Shown here one piece after another: positions 26,054 through 40,223 of a DNA stretch of 64,000 nucleotides (position 1 is the stretch's first letter; every line of letters begins with the position of its first letter). Under the pieces are notes generated by a model. That model was not told the DNA's origin. It made no database searches and was given only the letters and a program-made list of their open reading frames with translations. Both the position numbers and the translations under genes were made by a program. This DNA is from Octopus vulgaris. Its lineage: Eukaryota. The stretch covers positions 60,946,001-61,010,000 of the forward strand of contig OX597833.1 of the NCBI GenBank assembly GCA_951406725.2, in the 5' to 3' direction.

Positions 26054-26084
<31 letters not shown>

Positions 26085-26176
26085 TAGTAATAATAATAAT
26101 AGTAATAATAATAATAGTAGTAATAATAATAGTAGTAATAATAATAATAAATAATAGTAATAATAATAATAATAAT
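25858..26176. repeat. (AAT)n microsatellite with AGT interruptions
   Basis: Directly visible. Confidence 0.95.
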
Positions 26177-26410
26177 CTCATCAGAATAGGAAGGTAGAGA
26201 GAATTCGAAGGTAGTAGAGGAGGGAAAGTAAACTTTGTGGTATTTGGTTGCTTTTTCTAGATTTTGTTGTTGATGTTTTTATAATTATTATCATTATTAT
26301 TATTATTATTATTATCTTTGTTTAATTATTATTTATCATTTAATTTCTTATTTTGCAAAAGATCTCTTTGAAAATTAATAGCTTATATAGATTTGATCAA
26401 AACTTCATTT

Positions 26411-26415
<5 letters not shown>

Positions 26416-26465
<50 letters not shown>

Positions 26466-26572
26466 ATCAATCCACACTCCAACCCCCAACCCCCTTATGC
26501 ATTGACACATCTGTCTATTATGTATGTATATACATACGTTTATGTATATATATATATATATGTACGTATATA

Positions 26573-26623
<51 letters not shown>

Positions 26624-26920
26624 GTATATATATGTATATATATGTACGTATATATATGTATATATATGTACGTATATATATGTATATATATATATATGTA
26701 CGTATATGTATATATATGTATATATATGTACGTATATATATGTATATATATGTATATATATATATATATATGTACGTATATATATATGTATATATATGTA
26801 CGTATATATATATGTATATATATATGTACGTATATATATGTATATATATGTACGTATATATATATGTATATATATGTACGTATATATATATGTATATATA
26901 TTTACATGTATATATGTATA

Positions 26921-26976
<56 letters not shown>

Positions 26977-26980
26977 TATA
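26416..26980. repeat. (TA)n with periodic GTACGT variant units
   Basis: Directly visible. Confidence 0.9.
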
Positions 26981-27405
26981 TATTTGGGTTTTTTTTTGTA
27001 TGCTTGTGTTTGTTTTGAATTTTGTAATTTTTCTCTCCAAATAATTTAATATTCCTCAGAAATTCAGTGAGTGCGGGTGGGGGAACGGAAACCTTATTCT
27101 GTTTTTATAGTGATTCGTTATCTAACTTTAACGATAAACAAACAGGGTTTTAAATTAATGAAGGATTACTTATGAAATTATTACCATCGCCACTTCTTCA
27201 GTCCCCATGCCCTAAACTAATAATACTACTAATGAGTAACAATAATAAAACTGTTACTAATAAACAATAATAAATATTATATTATTTTCTGTTTTTGTAT
27301 ATATGTTGGCATTTAAAATGTTGGAACAAATTTCTATGTCATACTGACATTATAATCATGGTAATGATGATTCTGTTGATCTGGGATATGCATGAATGTG
27401 GATGT

Positions 27406-27443
<38 letters not shown>

Positions 27444-27590
27444 TTATGTATATAGATATACTCCTGTGTCTAATTTCCGAAATAACTGTCTTGTAGCAAA
27501 TATCATTAATAACCAAGCTTAAAGTACCAGTTACATATTTCACATATACATACATACACACACATATACATATATATATACATATATATG

Positions 27591-28084
<494 letters not shown>

Positions 28085-29356
28085 GTATAAGTATGATCAG
28101 TCAGGTTCTACACACCATAGTATATACTATCTTCTCAATAATCACACCTTACTCTAATGTATATACACTTTTCAGTTGTCTCTCAACAGTTGTACTTTAT
28201 TCACCTCTATGTCTATATACACTCACTTGCTGTCTTCCTCTCTATAATTGTGTATTGCTACTCTATTTTCTAATTGCCTTGTGCTGTATGAAAATATATC
28301 TCTGGCTCTATATGTAAATGTATATCGTGTGTGTGTGTGTGTACTTACATACACACACTCGCATCTACATACGCATGCTGTTGATATTGGAATAGCTTGA
28401 AATGCCATCTTAAATTAAATATGATGTAATATCATTTTTATTGTAGATAATTCTATTTTAAGAATTCCATTTTCTCAGAATTCAAATTTCCGTATATATA
28501 TGCACGTATATGTATCTCTACCTTTGTCGCACATACACACTACATACGCACATACACAGTATGTGTTTCTCTGTGTGTGTGTGTGTATGCATAAAAGTAT
28601 GCTTGTATTTATGTTGGTGTGTTTGGGAAACGAAATACCTGTTTGCCACCGTGAAGAGGATCCCCGTATATGACCATTATTGAATGATTCTTGTCTGTAG
28701 TAGACACTATTAAAGTTTACATAAAGATAGGCAGGTATGGTTCTAGTTAAAACTTTGCAATTACACTGTTTGGGGGTTTAATTTCATTGCATGGCAACTT
28801 GTGTTCTGCCTTAGTCTTAGACCAACAGAATTCTCGCAAGTGGAATTTGGTAGACAACTAAAGTGTATAGAAGATCATTGGAAGAACTGAACCATTCATG
28901 TTCCTGAATCCATAGACTTAAATCTGTCATTCTGTTTAATTCTCTCGCATGGACCCCCAATAGGAGCTCAATAAAGGTGCTTGAGTACCTTTATTGGGAT
29001 CCACTGTGTTGGAAGTATTCTGGGTTGCTCTGACCAATGTGAGAATAGCTGCTTCTTTGTTTATTCAGACTTATACAGCAACAAGCTATGTTCTGACATT
29101 TAAAATCAAATTTTCTTCTGAATAGCATGAAGTTTTTCCTTTGCTGTTCTTAATAAATATTACTCCATAAATTCATTAAGATAAAATGATTACAGTCAAT
29201 TAACATAAAATTTAGGTCCTCCTGCACTGCAGAATGCATACGCATTGTGCAGAAAGCTTTCTCCATCAGGTTCTGTTGGCTGCTACTTTTGCATGTCCAC
29301 TGCCAGGTGTTCTTCAGCCCCCACCTTTATGTTTGTGGTCAGGTGGTATCTGAGTC

Positions 29357-29670
29357 ATGGCTGTTTTTGATCACTTCGGCTTGTGATCATAAGGTCATCA
29401 GTTCAATTCCCGGTAGCACGTTTTGTCCTCAAGCAAAATGGTTTATTCTATGTTGTTCCAGTCCATTCAGCTGGCAAAACAATGAGCTGTACCTGTAATT
29501 CAAAGGCTCATGTCTGTCACATTCTGTGTCATGCTGAATCCCCCTGAGAACTACACGAAGGATAATCGTGTCCGTGGAGTGCTCAGCCACATGCACGTTG
29601 ATCTCGAGGGCAGGTTGTTCCACTGATCCAACTGACTGGAACTCTTATCCTAACCGATGGAGCGCCAGTA
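29357..29670 (+). mobile_element. Degenerate family D-headed SINE with a different tail
   Basis: AGTTCAATTCC B-box. TGTTCCAGTCCATTCAGCTGGCAAAA matches the 6009 element, and the 3' part differs. Confidence 0.6.
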
Positions 29671-29678
29671 TGACTGGC

Positions 29679-29863
29679 CATCATCATCATCATCGTTTAG
29701 CATCCGCTTTCCATGCTGGCATGGGTTGGACGGTTCAACTGGGGTCTGGGAAGCCAGAAGGCTGCACCAGGCCCAGTCTGATCTGGCAGTGTTTCTACGG
29801 CTGGATGCCCTTCCTAACGCCAACCACTCCATGAGTGTAGTGGGTGCTTTTTATGTGCCACCG
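29679..29863 (-). mobile_element. Family C repeat
   Basis: Near-identical to 3460-3667. Confidence 0.88.
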
Positions 29864-30099
29864 AAGCAGAATTGGTTGCTCCGCTAAAGTGGAATGCTTT
29901 TAAGGGATAAGCATTTCTTATTGATCTCTTATATTTCATTCTCTGATTTTAAATATTTTCTTAACCAAATCATTGCTGTCACTTGCAAGGAAGTATGACT
30001 TGGTAGCATATACCATGCTTTCAACGAGTGTTTTAGGAAACCAATATAGTTGAGGGCAACCCCTAAATACTTTCATGGCCCATCTATCCTTCACCCAGT

Positions 30100-30134
<35 letters not shown>

Positions 30135-30847
30135 CTGTACTAGAGCTAGGCTGGTACTCGTGTGCAGAATTGATTGGAGCAAGGTGAAATATTGCCTTAC
30201 TCAAAGTAGGCGGTGTGCCGCCCACTCCAAGAATTGAACCTACAACTATATGTTAGTGAACTGAACACTCTAATCAATTCACTACACATTTTCACAACGT
30301 TACAACCAAAAACTCAGGTTACCTGCAAGATGTTAAATTAACTTAAAAGAAAAAAAAAATCTGAATTATTATATTGAAAACTGATCTCAAGAAAGTGGGG
30401 GAGGAAGAAAAATTCCTTCTTAAAACAGTAAAAGATTTTTTTTTGTCAAGCTACTTACTGTAACATGTGACTATAACATGTATGTATGTGTGATTGTGTT
30501 ACAGTATATATGCATGTATGATACTGCAGCAGTATGTATGTGAGTAGCTGTATATATATATGTATGTATGTGTGTGTTGTTATAATAGTATCTATGCATA
30601 TATTCTCCCAGCAGTCTCATTATGCAGAGAAAGCCAACGTAGGAAAAGCCAAGCCTAATACTTTTGTAGATTGGACCAGGTTGTCTGTTAAGACAAATAG
30701 AACCGGAGAAAGAGGAATATGGTATAAATTAAAAAAGCTAAGAATTTAATGGAGATGCCATTAGATATTATAAACACCATTTTGAGACAGTCATTCGTTA
30801 GTTGATTCCAACCCTGGCAATGAGTCTGCCCCAGCTACTTCAAATTA

Positions 30848-30893
<46 letters not shown>

Positions 30894-31809
30894 TTATGAA
30901 GGAGGATTATAGTGGATTTCGTTTAGACTCAAGACAGACAATACGGGAACTGTGTAATTATCTCCCTTAGACTTGTATATGATTTACACACACGTACACA
31001 CACAAGCACATACACACGTGCACACACACATACGCGAACGCACGCACACCCAAGATGAGAGAGAAAGAGAGACATGATTTATTTTATGATGATATATTGA
31101 AGTTAGATAGAATAAAGAGTTCCAAGTTCAAATCTAACTGAGGTCAATTTTGAATTCTGTCCAGTATAAGAATTTGTAAAGTTAAAGAGCATAAAATGAT
31201 TCTTTTGGGAATGGTGAATCTCTAAGCAGATAAAGCTATAATTAATTATGCGTAAATATTAACCTCACTCATGCCAATTTCTATCGGCCTTTGCCTTTCC
31301 CTTGGATAGCATCAGTGGTGAGGAGAGAGGAGGCTGGTATGCATGGACAACTGTTGGTCTTCCATAAACAACTTTGCCCTGACTTGTGCTTTGGCGGGAA
31401 TCTTTCTCGGTGCATTCCCGCGGTCATTCATGACCAAAGCTGTCTTTCCTTTCATATTGAGTTAAAGAATTCTGGACAAGAAACGGCCGGCTGCATGTAT
31501 TTGAACAATAGATGAATAAGAGTATATTAAATAATGTACAAGATGAATTATTGATTTATTGCAATTATCTTCGATTCTGGAGATATGTAGACCAATTGCT
31601 TGGTGGTAATTGGTACCAACAACAGAAGAACAAGGGAGATAATCTCAACTTTTCAAAAGTTAGATACCATTAAGGGAAAGACAGTCTGTCTAGAGTCTAA
31701 GTAAGCAGTTGTTTACGTGTATTTCTGCCTCGGTGTGTGTCATCCACACAAGAGTTGCTCTAATACCCCACCTCTACCCAAATATTAACAACTTCATAAA
31801 TATACAGTG

Positions 31810-31980
31810 GCATTTAGTCTGTCTTTATTTTCCTGAGTTGAAATACTGTCGAGGTTGACTTTGCCTTTCATCCTTTTGGGAGTCTATAAAAATAAATATC
31901 AGTCGACCACTGGGGTGGATGATAATCAACTTGTCCCCTCCCCTAACATTTCAGGTCTTGTGCCTATAGTAGAAAGGTTT
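31810..31980 (+). mobile_element. Degenerate B' SINE
   Basis: GAGGTTGACTTTGCCTTTCATCCTTTTGGG...GGTCTTGTGCCTATAGTAGAAAGG followed by (ATT)n. Confidence 0.75.
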
Positions 31981-32000
31981 ATTATTATTATTATTATTAT

Positions 32001-32254
32001 CTTTTTTTCTTCTTCTTTCAAATTTGCTTCCAGTTCTTGCCGAGTGTCTTCCCGACTCCTAGGGCAAAGAAACTCATAGTATACATTGGTAGGCCATTAA
32101 ACTAAACTCACTAGTTCGTTCATTTTTTTTTTTTTTTTTGATAGAAATAAAGTTAAATTAAAATACATGGGTAGTAATAGTTCTCACATCAACAATGCTC
32201 TTCTCAATACGTGTGATGTACCAGTAAAGACAATCTTTTGCACTTCTTGAAGGG
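32001..32254 (-). mobile_element. 3' end of an R4/Dong-like non-LTR retrotransposon inserted in (TAA)n
   Basis: Minus strand 32252-32184 encodes LQEVQKIVFTGTSHVLRRALLM*, resembling the QK.vL.GT.riLR C-terminus of restriction-like-endonuclease LINEs. 3' UTR and A-rich tail follow. Both flanks are (ATT)n. Confidence 0.7.
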
Positions 32255-32276
32255 ATTATTATTATTATTATTATTA

Positions 32277-32750
32277 TGGTAGTGAGCTGGCAGAATTGTT
32301 AACCCTAATCCTAATTGTTAACATACTGGACAAAATGCTCAGTGTCATTTCGCTTGTCTTTGTACTCTGAGTTCAAATGCTGCTGAGGTTGATTTTGCTT
32401 TTCCTACTTTGGGGTTTGATGAAATAGGTACCAGTTATGAAATAAGTACAGGGATCAATGTCAATGACTAGTTCCCCTCCACTAAAATAAAAATAGCAGG
32501 CCTTACACGTATAGTAGAAAGGGTTATTATTGTTGTTGCTTTCTACTATAGGTACAATGCCTGAAGTTGTTGAGGACAGGCATAGTTGATTACATCAACC
32601 CCAGTACTCAACTGGTACTTGATTTTTTTGACCTCCGCTTTCTTCCTTTCAGGGCCAATAAATTAAGTACCAGTTGAGTACTGGGGTCGATGTAATCGAC
32701 TGTTTCCCTTCCCCACAATTCCAGGCCTTGTGCCTTAATATAGAAAGGAT
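32277..32750. mobile_element. Cluster of three degenerate B' SINE pieces in alternating orientation
   Basis: + at 32277-32525, - at 32545-32625, + at 32635-32750, by similarity to B'. Confidence 0.7.
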
Positions 32751-33509
32751 TGTTGTTGTTGTTTCCACTCTTGGAAGTGGAAACGTGCTGTGAAGCTTAA
32801 TGACCACCAGTTGATTTGTTGTTAATGAGTTCGTGGGATAGAAGACACCAGCAGTTTATGGTGGTGGTGGTGGCGAAGGGTGTTGTGGCTATATGGACTT
32901 TAGGTCTCCATGGATCACCCTCTGTAGCAAGGGGACATTACTCTTATGATATCAGTCTGCTTGGCTGACAAGTGCAGCTGTTACTTGGTCCAATGATGTG
33001 TAAGAGATAGGGCATTTAATTATAGAAAAAGACATAACACTTGTTGCACTGTTATGCAGAATGTTCAAGTTTACCACCACCTATGCTAGGTGTGTGTGTA
33101 TATGTTTAGCATGAGTGTGTGTGGTGTGTATGTCTGTGAATATGTTTGGCATGGGTATGTTTATGTTTAGTGTGTGTGTGTATATGTTGTATAATTTATG
33201 TGTGCGTATACTGTTTGTATATGTTTAGTGTTTGTACGTGAACACACTTTCAGTTAACCTTTCATATTTTTAGTGGAATGAAACTATTCTGTCGTCTCAC
33301 TTATTTTGTGTAGATTAATTATTTCTCAGTCCACCACCACCACCTCCACCACCACCATTCCTTACTCCGTCCTCCCCACCTCAGCCTGGATGGCTGCCAA
33401 ATTCTCTGAGGTAGATCTGTTATTTATTTATATCTTCCTCATCACTTCATATATATTGAAGGATTATACAACACCATACTCAATAGGAGCTAATGTGTGT
33501 GTGTATGGG

Positions 33510-33545
<36 letters not shown>

Positions 33546-33879
33546 ATGCACACATATATTCATATCTATCTGAGCGTGTGTGGTGAATGCACGTGGCTTA
33601 GTGGTTAGAGAGTTTGGCTCATGATATATATATATTGTTGCAGGTGTGGCTGTGTGGTTAAGTTTGCTTCCCAACCACGTGGTTTCAGGTTCAGGCCCAC
33701 TGCATGGGCATGTTGAGCGAGTGTCTTCTTCTATAGCCCCAGGCCATCCAACACCTTGTGACTAGGTTTGGTAGATGGAAACTTAAACTGTATGTATGTG
33801 TATGTGTGTGTATCTTTTCTTGGCATCATGTGATAGTTAAAAGCAAGCATCACAGCATCACTGCCAGATAAATGGTACC

Positions 33880-34030
33880 TTGTGTCGGACTAAATGCAGA
33901 GCAGGTCTGACTAAATGCGCAGTGCAGCAAACTAAATGCACAATGCCAGACTAAATGCATAGTGTATCGGACTAGATGCATGGTGTGTCGGACTAGATGC
34001 ACACTGCATCGGACTAAACGCAGCGTATGT
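33880..34030. repeat. Minisatellite ~20-22 bp (GACTAAATGCA core)
   Basis: About seven successive GACTA(A/G)ATGC units. Confidence 0.8.
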
Positions 34031-34894
34031 CACCCTAGATATGGAGTCGTAATAAAGAGCTATAGGCAATTCAGTTACATATATTCTCCTCCTCACCTAA
34101 ATTGTGATGTGGTGTGAAAAATAAGAAACTGTGATGGCTCACACTTTTGGTTTCATAATCCTGTGTTCTGAGTTCAAATCCAGCTCAGTTTCTATGGGTT
34201 TTTTTTTTAGCGTGTGGGAGTGTGCAGCATGCATCAATGAAGCAGATGGCAGTTGACATTTAACCGCATGTAATTTTTGATTGAGTAGACCTACAAAGAC
34301 ATTCCAGCCTTGATTGAGTAGACCTATCAAGACATTCCAGCCTTGTCTGTCTTTTTTTTTTGTTCAGATAAGAGTATATATATATATATCTTTTCATTTT
34401 TTAAAGATAGTAGGATGTGATAGAAAGGAAATTTGATTCCTATTTCTAGCAGGTTCAGTGACTATGTAGTTTTCTTTGTTGTGTACGTATCTGGGTAGAT
34501 ACAACTGAGTAGTGACCACCCCCTCGAAACATGTGACCTTCTTCTGCGTAGTCAGTCATGACAGATCGATGAACAAGGAGTATCGACTAACTCCTGGTTG
34601 CACGAACAGGAGTTTGGATTGTAGACAGGTGTAGTGGATGTGCAACACTGTGGTTGGTTGCTAGGACACGGAGGAGGGAGAAGAAGAAGAAGAGGAGGCG
34701 GAGGAAGAGAGTCTGTTTGATCGGCAGGCATATAATAGTCAGGATATATGGAACGATAATTAGAAACAGTTCAATTGTCAGATAAAAAGCATTTGCTTTG
34801 ACTTTCATCAAATATATAATATGCTATATTTTAATGTATTTCCACAGCTCTCCTCCCTCTCTCACTTCTCTTTTCCTCACCGTCTCCATATATA

Positions 34895-34925
<31 letters not shown>

Positions 34926-35039
34926 TCTAGTAGCTGTGTGTAGATCCTTTAGAAGATAAATCTAATCTAGACTGACTTTCATGGGAAAAGCTGGATAGAG
35001 CTTCAAAACAAAAATTCTTTTTTTTTTTTTTTTTAGCTA

Positions 35040-35070
<31 letters not shown>

Positions 35071-36360
35071 TTAGTGGATGGTGGTGGCCATATGGATGGG
35101 TTGGGGTTGTTAGTTAGTTGTGGTGGTTTTCTATTTTTGTTGAATTGTAATGTAAATCCCCTGACCACGGGTCCTTCCTATTCAGTCTTCTAATCAGCCA
35201 ACATGGACAGATAGTCCCACAACCAGTGGAGATGGCTGACGAGAAACTGAGGGCAATGATGTTGATTGACCCCAGATCAACCTTAATTAAGTAGACCTAT
35301 GATCAAATGTTTCTCCAGCCATGACCACCACATATTTTTTTAGGAGTATGAAAACTACATTACATTATCTATTACATCCTACCCTTCTATGATAGTGTGA
35401 TCTGATGAAGATTTAGCTGCTATTTCTACAAATTTCTGCCACCATATGCAAGTCCTTATTGGATTACGCATTATTTAGTTTATCCCTTGTTTCATTGAAG
35501 CATCGCTCAAGACCCTATGTCTTGCTTATGCCGGTATTTTGGTATGGTTTACATGGCTGGATACTCTTCCTAACTCCAGCCACTTTATGGAGTGTGTTGG
35601 TGCATTTATTGTGGCCCCAGTGCTGGTGTAGTTTTCCCCGTCTTTGAAAGGAATTAGGGGTCCTCTCTATTTTGTAATAGCTCTGTTCACTCAAGGTAGT
35701 GTGATCAAGAGAGGCAGGAAGTAGAAGAGATAGTGATGACTGCAGGGTGAGGGTGAGTGAGTAAGAGGAGTTGGAATATGATGTTGGAGGTGGAGCAGGG
35801 ACTAGAGCATGAGATTGGAGAGATGGAAGAGAGTGATGATGCTGGTGGAGCAGGGCAACAGCAGAGGAGACAGTAATGGCAACTATATGTTTGTCACTGA
35901 GAGATTGAATGTTCACAAGGACGATTGATGGTGAGAGCAAGTGATTTTCTGATGGCTTGCAAGACAGTAATAACAGGATATATTCGATATGAACTGGTTC
36001 ATTGCTACCCTTCACACACACACACACACACACACACACCTGTCATGAAAGCAATGTCCTTTGTTTCCAATCTTCCATGAAAACATGTCTGGTCACGGGG
36101 AATATGCAAAGAGGAGGAGGGAGGGAAGCAACATAGCAACATCACACCCTACGTCCTACAGCCCCACCATACACCACACTACCCCAATCCTCAGAGATAT
36201 CACCCAGTGAAAATGCAGGGAGGTGGTGGTGATGGTGGTGATTGGAAGACTCCCTGCTGGTAAAACTTCAGCATCCTTCAGCTAAAAAGGGTGAAGGTTG
36301 ATGACAAGAAAGGTATCTGGCTTCAGTAAATTCTGTTTGACTCACCCAAGCATGGGAAAG

Positions 36361-36396
<36 letters not shown>

Positions 36397-37401
36397 CATG
36401 GCCCTTTTGTCAATGATATTACTTGAGGGCATTGGAATTTTAGGGTTTGACAACCTTCACTTCACTAACTCAGCCAGAGCTGAAGAGGCCCTGGTTTGTG
36501 ATCGGCTAGCACAAGCACTTCAATACAATTTCTGTTATTTCAGTGGCTACCTTTTTGTTCCTTTTCCAGCTGGCCTTGAGATGTCCAGCACATTGTCAGT
36601 CCTATGGCGTGACTGACCTACAAACCTTTTGCATCCCACCTCCGTAGAATCACATTCCTTACCTACCACCTGTTGTTTTGGCATACTTTCACTGCCACTG
36701 TGTACTGTGGCCTCCTCAGTGTGATCATATCTGGAAATCTCTGAGATCAGCACCATGTCTGGTCCTAGCAAGGTTGTTGTCATAGATTCTAGGTATTTTA
36801 TTGGCTTGGGGGGGGGGGGGCGCTTTCAACTGTCAGACTTGTGCTGTTGCCGGAAGGCTATAAAAAGTGGTCTTCACACCTGCTGTTTGCACTTCTCACT
36901 GTCAACAACAACAATGGCCTTATTCACTGGGTGGAGGCATCTACAATTGTGAATCATAGAAGAGTCATCACAGCTGAACGTGAATACAATAAACAGCAAG
37001 TATTATTACTCTTTCTATTAAAGAGTTCTTATTGTGGATTACTATGATCACTTGATGGATGTGTATACACACACAGAGAGAGTTGTTGGGCATTAGTCTG
37101 AAACCACATGGATTCTGGCTCTCAAAGCTGATGAGAGGATTCCCATATTCCTCTAGGATTTCCACCTTGCTCCTGTCTGCTCAATTGAAAATTGAGCAGC
37201 ACAATCAACTTGTGGTGCATCTCTCTCTCTCTCACCCCTGCAGCTGTCACAGTCTCAGTTTCTGCCAGGTCAAGGGTGGAAGGGCCAAGAAGGTATCAAT
37301 CAGTGTCTGCTCACAACTACATAGGTGCCTAAAACAATCGGTGGGCAAGGTACAACAAACCACCATGCCACACTTACTTGCAAGTGATGGCTAAACTTTT
37401 C

Positions 37402-37437
<36 letters not shown>

Positions 37438-38409
37438 TGTCTGTCTGTCTGTCTCCCAATAATTTTATGTTGATGTTAAGTGTGTGTGTGTGCGCATGTA
37501 TCTATATACACACGCACACACATTTTGGAGTATATATATTTATAAATATTGTGTGCTTGTATTATATTCCTCTCATACACACATACATACATACATATTA
37601 TTCACACATACACACATATATTTATACATACACATACACACACACACATATACACACACATACATACATACACAGACACATTCACACACATTCACACAAG
37701 ACAAAATATCAATGCTGGAACCTCTTTTATGCTGTATGTTTTGCCCAGTACACATCATACCTGCAGGGAGTCTTCCAACCACCACCACCACCACCGCCGC
37801 CGCCGTCGCCACTGCTCCCCCCCCCCCCGCCACTTCCCTGCATTTACTTTCCTTTCTCTTCACTGGTTAATATTTCTGTTTGTTTGAGGATTGGGGGGGG
37901 TGTAGGGTGTGTGATGTGATGTTGCTTCTCTCATTCCTTCCCTCTCTCTCTCTCGCTCTCTTTCTCTCCTCTTACCTCTCCATATGTTGTTACTACAGTG
38001 GAGGCTCTGCCAACATCATCACCAGCGTCACCATCACCAGCATCATCACCAGCAGCATCAGCATCATCACCAGCAGCATCAGCATCACCAGCATCAGCAG
38101 CAGCTACATGCTATTGTATGACAGTTTCTCTTATCATCATATCTTTTTATAACTTAATAAACTGAAGAATCTATACTGCTTGCAAAGAGGATTGTCTGTG
38201 AGTGGCAGGTGGTGGTGGTGGTGACGTTGATGGTGGTGGTGGTGGTGTTGCTATTGCTAATGGTTGCATTGTCACACACACACACACACACACTCCCCTC
38301 ACGCTCTCTCCTTCTCCTCCATCTCTCTCTCTCTAGCAAGTTGGGAACATCTAAATTTCAAATCATTTTTCATTTTTGATTTGCATAGATGGTTTAGTCA
38401 GTCTGATGA

Positions 38410-39352
38410 TAGGGCGACGGTGGTGTTGGTATAAGTGTTGCAGTGGTGGCGATGGTGGTGATAGTGATCTAGTGTGATGGTGGTGGTGATAGCAGTGATG
38501 TAGTGTGGTGGTGGTGGTGATAGTAGTGATGTAGTGTGGTGGTGGTGGTGGTGGTGATACTAGTGATGTGTGGTGGTGGTGGTGGTGATACTAGTGATGT
38601 AGTGAGGTGGTAGTGCTGAGTGTAGTGATGTAGTGTGGTGGTGGTGATGTAGTGTTGTGGCGGTGGTGATAGTAGTGTCGTAGTGTGGTGGTGGTGATAG
38701 TGTCGTAGTGTAGTGGTGGTGATAGTAGTGATGTAGTGTGGTGGTGGTGGTGGTGACACTAGTGATGTAGTTTGGTGGTGGTGGTGATAGTAATAGTCTG
38801 ATGATGATGATGGTGGTGGTGGTAAAAGTAGTGGTATTGTGTGGTAGTGGTGGTAATAGTAATGGCATAGTGTGGTGGTGATAGTTGTAGCATAGTGTGG
38901 TGGTAATAGTATTGGCATCATGTGGTAGTGGTGGTGATAGTAATGGTATAGTGTGGTAGTGGTGGAGACAGTGATATAGTGTGGTGGTGGTAATGGTAGC
39001 GGTATCACGTAGAGGTGGTAGTGTAGCATGGTGTTGTGTGTAGTGATAGTAGTTGTATAGTGTGGTAGTGTTAGTAGTATAGTGCAGTGATCCTGGTACT
39101 GTTGAAGTTTGGGGATTGGTGGTGTTGGCTTAGCATGGTAGTGAGCTGTGGTGGTATGGTAGATGTGGTACAGCTGTTGTGTAGTTTGGTGTTGGTGGTG
39201 ATGATGTGGTTGTAGAGTGGTGGTAAATGTGGTAGTATACTGGTGATATACTAGATGCTGTACTGTAATAGTTACTGGTGGTGGTGTTATTATAGTTGTG
39301 TAGTAGATGTCATAATAGTGATGGTAGTAGTGGTGGTGGTGGTGGTGGTGGA
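38410..39352. repeat. Low-complexity (GTG)/(TAG) trinucleotide tract
   Basis: Directly visible. Source of the spurious 300-aa ORF. Confidence 0.9.
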
Positions 39353-39865
39353 ACAGTTGGGAAGACCTCAAACTATTAGCTTGTTCAGTGTAATATAATT
39401 AGTTTCCAGAGAAAGTTAGTTACTCAATCACTCAGTAACAACCATGTTGCTATGTTAAATGATATATGAAGAACAGAGCTGTATAATCTCCTAACTTCTT
39501 ATTATGTTGCTAACGACTGTAATTAGCACAGCTTTGAGTGGAACTCTTCAATTTCGACTAAAACTAGCTTTACATCAAATCTCTCCATTTATGCCGACAT
39601 CCAGCTTTTCTACTAAATTTTCGATACATAAAACATAAAAACAGGGAAAAAATTGATTTTATCATCTGATATTCTTTTTATTTTATTTTATTTTATTTTA
39701 TTTTTTTTGTGCAGTTGTTGTAGTGTTGGTTGTTGTGGTTGTTGTTGTAGTTGTGGTTTAATCCCAGGTCCACTCTGATTTGAAATCAAAAGCATTCTAG
39801 CGATGCCTGTCCAATTCTCCTCTCACACATTGTCTACCTAGGACTGCAAATATCCAATGCATCCC

Positions 39866-40010
39866 TGGCGTTAGGAAGGGCATCCAGCTGTAGAAGCACT
39901 GCCAAATCAGACTGGAGCCTGGTGCAGCCTCCTGGCTTCCCAGACCCCGGTCGAACCGTCCAACCCATGCTAGCATGGAAAACGGACGTTAAACGATGAT
40001 GATGATGATG
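39866..40010 (+). mobile_element. Family C repeat, 5'-truncated
   Basis: TGGCGTTAGGAAGGGCATCCAGC...GGACGTTAAACGATGATGATG. Confidence 0.88.
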
Positions 40011-40089
40011 AATGTTATACAATTCTATATTTTCGAGATGAGGAATTCATATTACATCAGTTGGGCTGATGTCCTCATCCTGATTGTTG

Positions 40090-40223
40090 CTTTCACTTTG
40101 CTTTGGCTGTTGTATGCACCAGTCTTCCTCAGGTGTCCTATATTGATCTCGGTTGTTGTACCAAGTTCAACACATGACATCTGAAGACAGCTGGAGTGTA
40201 CAACAGCCAAAAAGTAGTGAAAG
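40090..40223. repeat. Inverted repeat whose arms are decayed hammerhead-like motifs
   Basis: + arm: ACAT CTGAAGA CAGCTG..CAGCC AAAA AGTAGTG. - arm: ACAC CTGAGGA AGACTG..CAGCC AAAG CAAAGTG. Confidence 0.55.

Noticed and set aside
23903-27049. Many 100-218-aa YI/CV/HT-repeat ORFs (also near 20, 37, 51, 52 and 60 kb)
   Set aside because: Dinucleotide microsatellites lack stop codons, so these are artefacts.
36846-37050. Possible solo LTR (TG start, TATAAAA, AATAAA, CA end)
   Set aside because: No TSD and no second copy in the window, so the boundaries are arbitrary.
38469-39371. 300-aa His/Thr/Tyr/Pro-rich ORF
   Set aside because: Translation of a (GTG)/(TAG) low-complexity tract, with no splice signals or domain.
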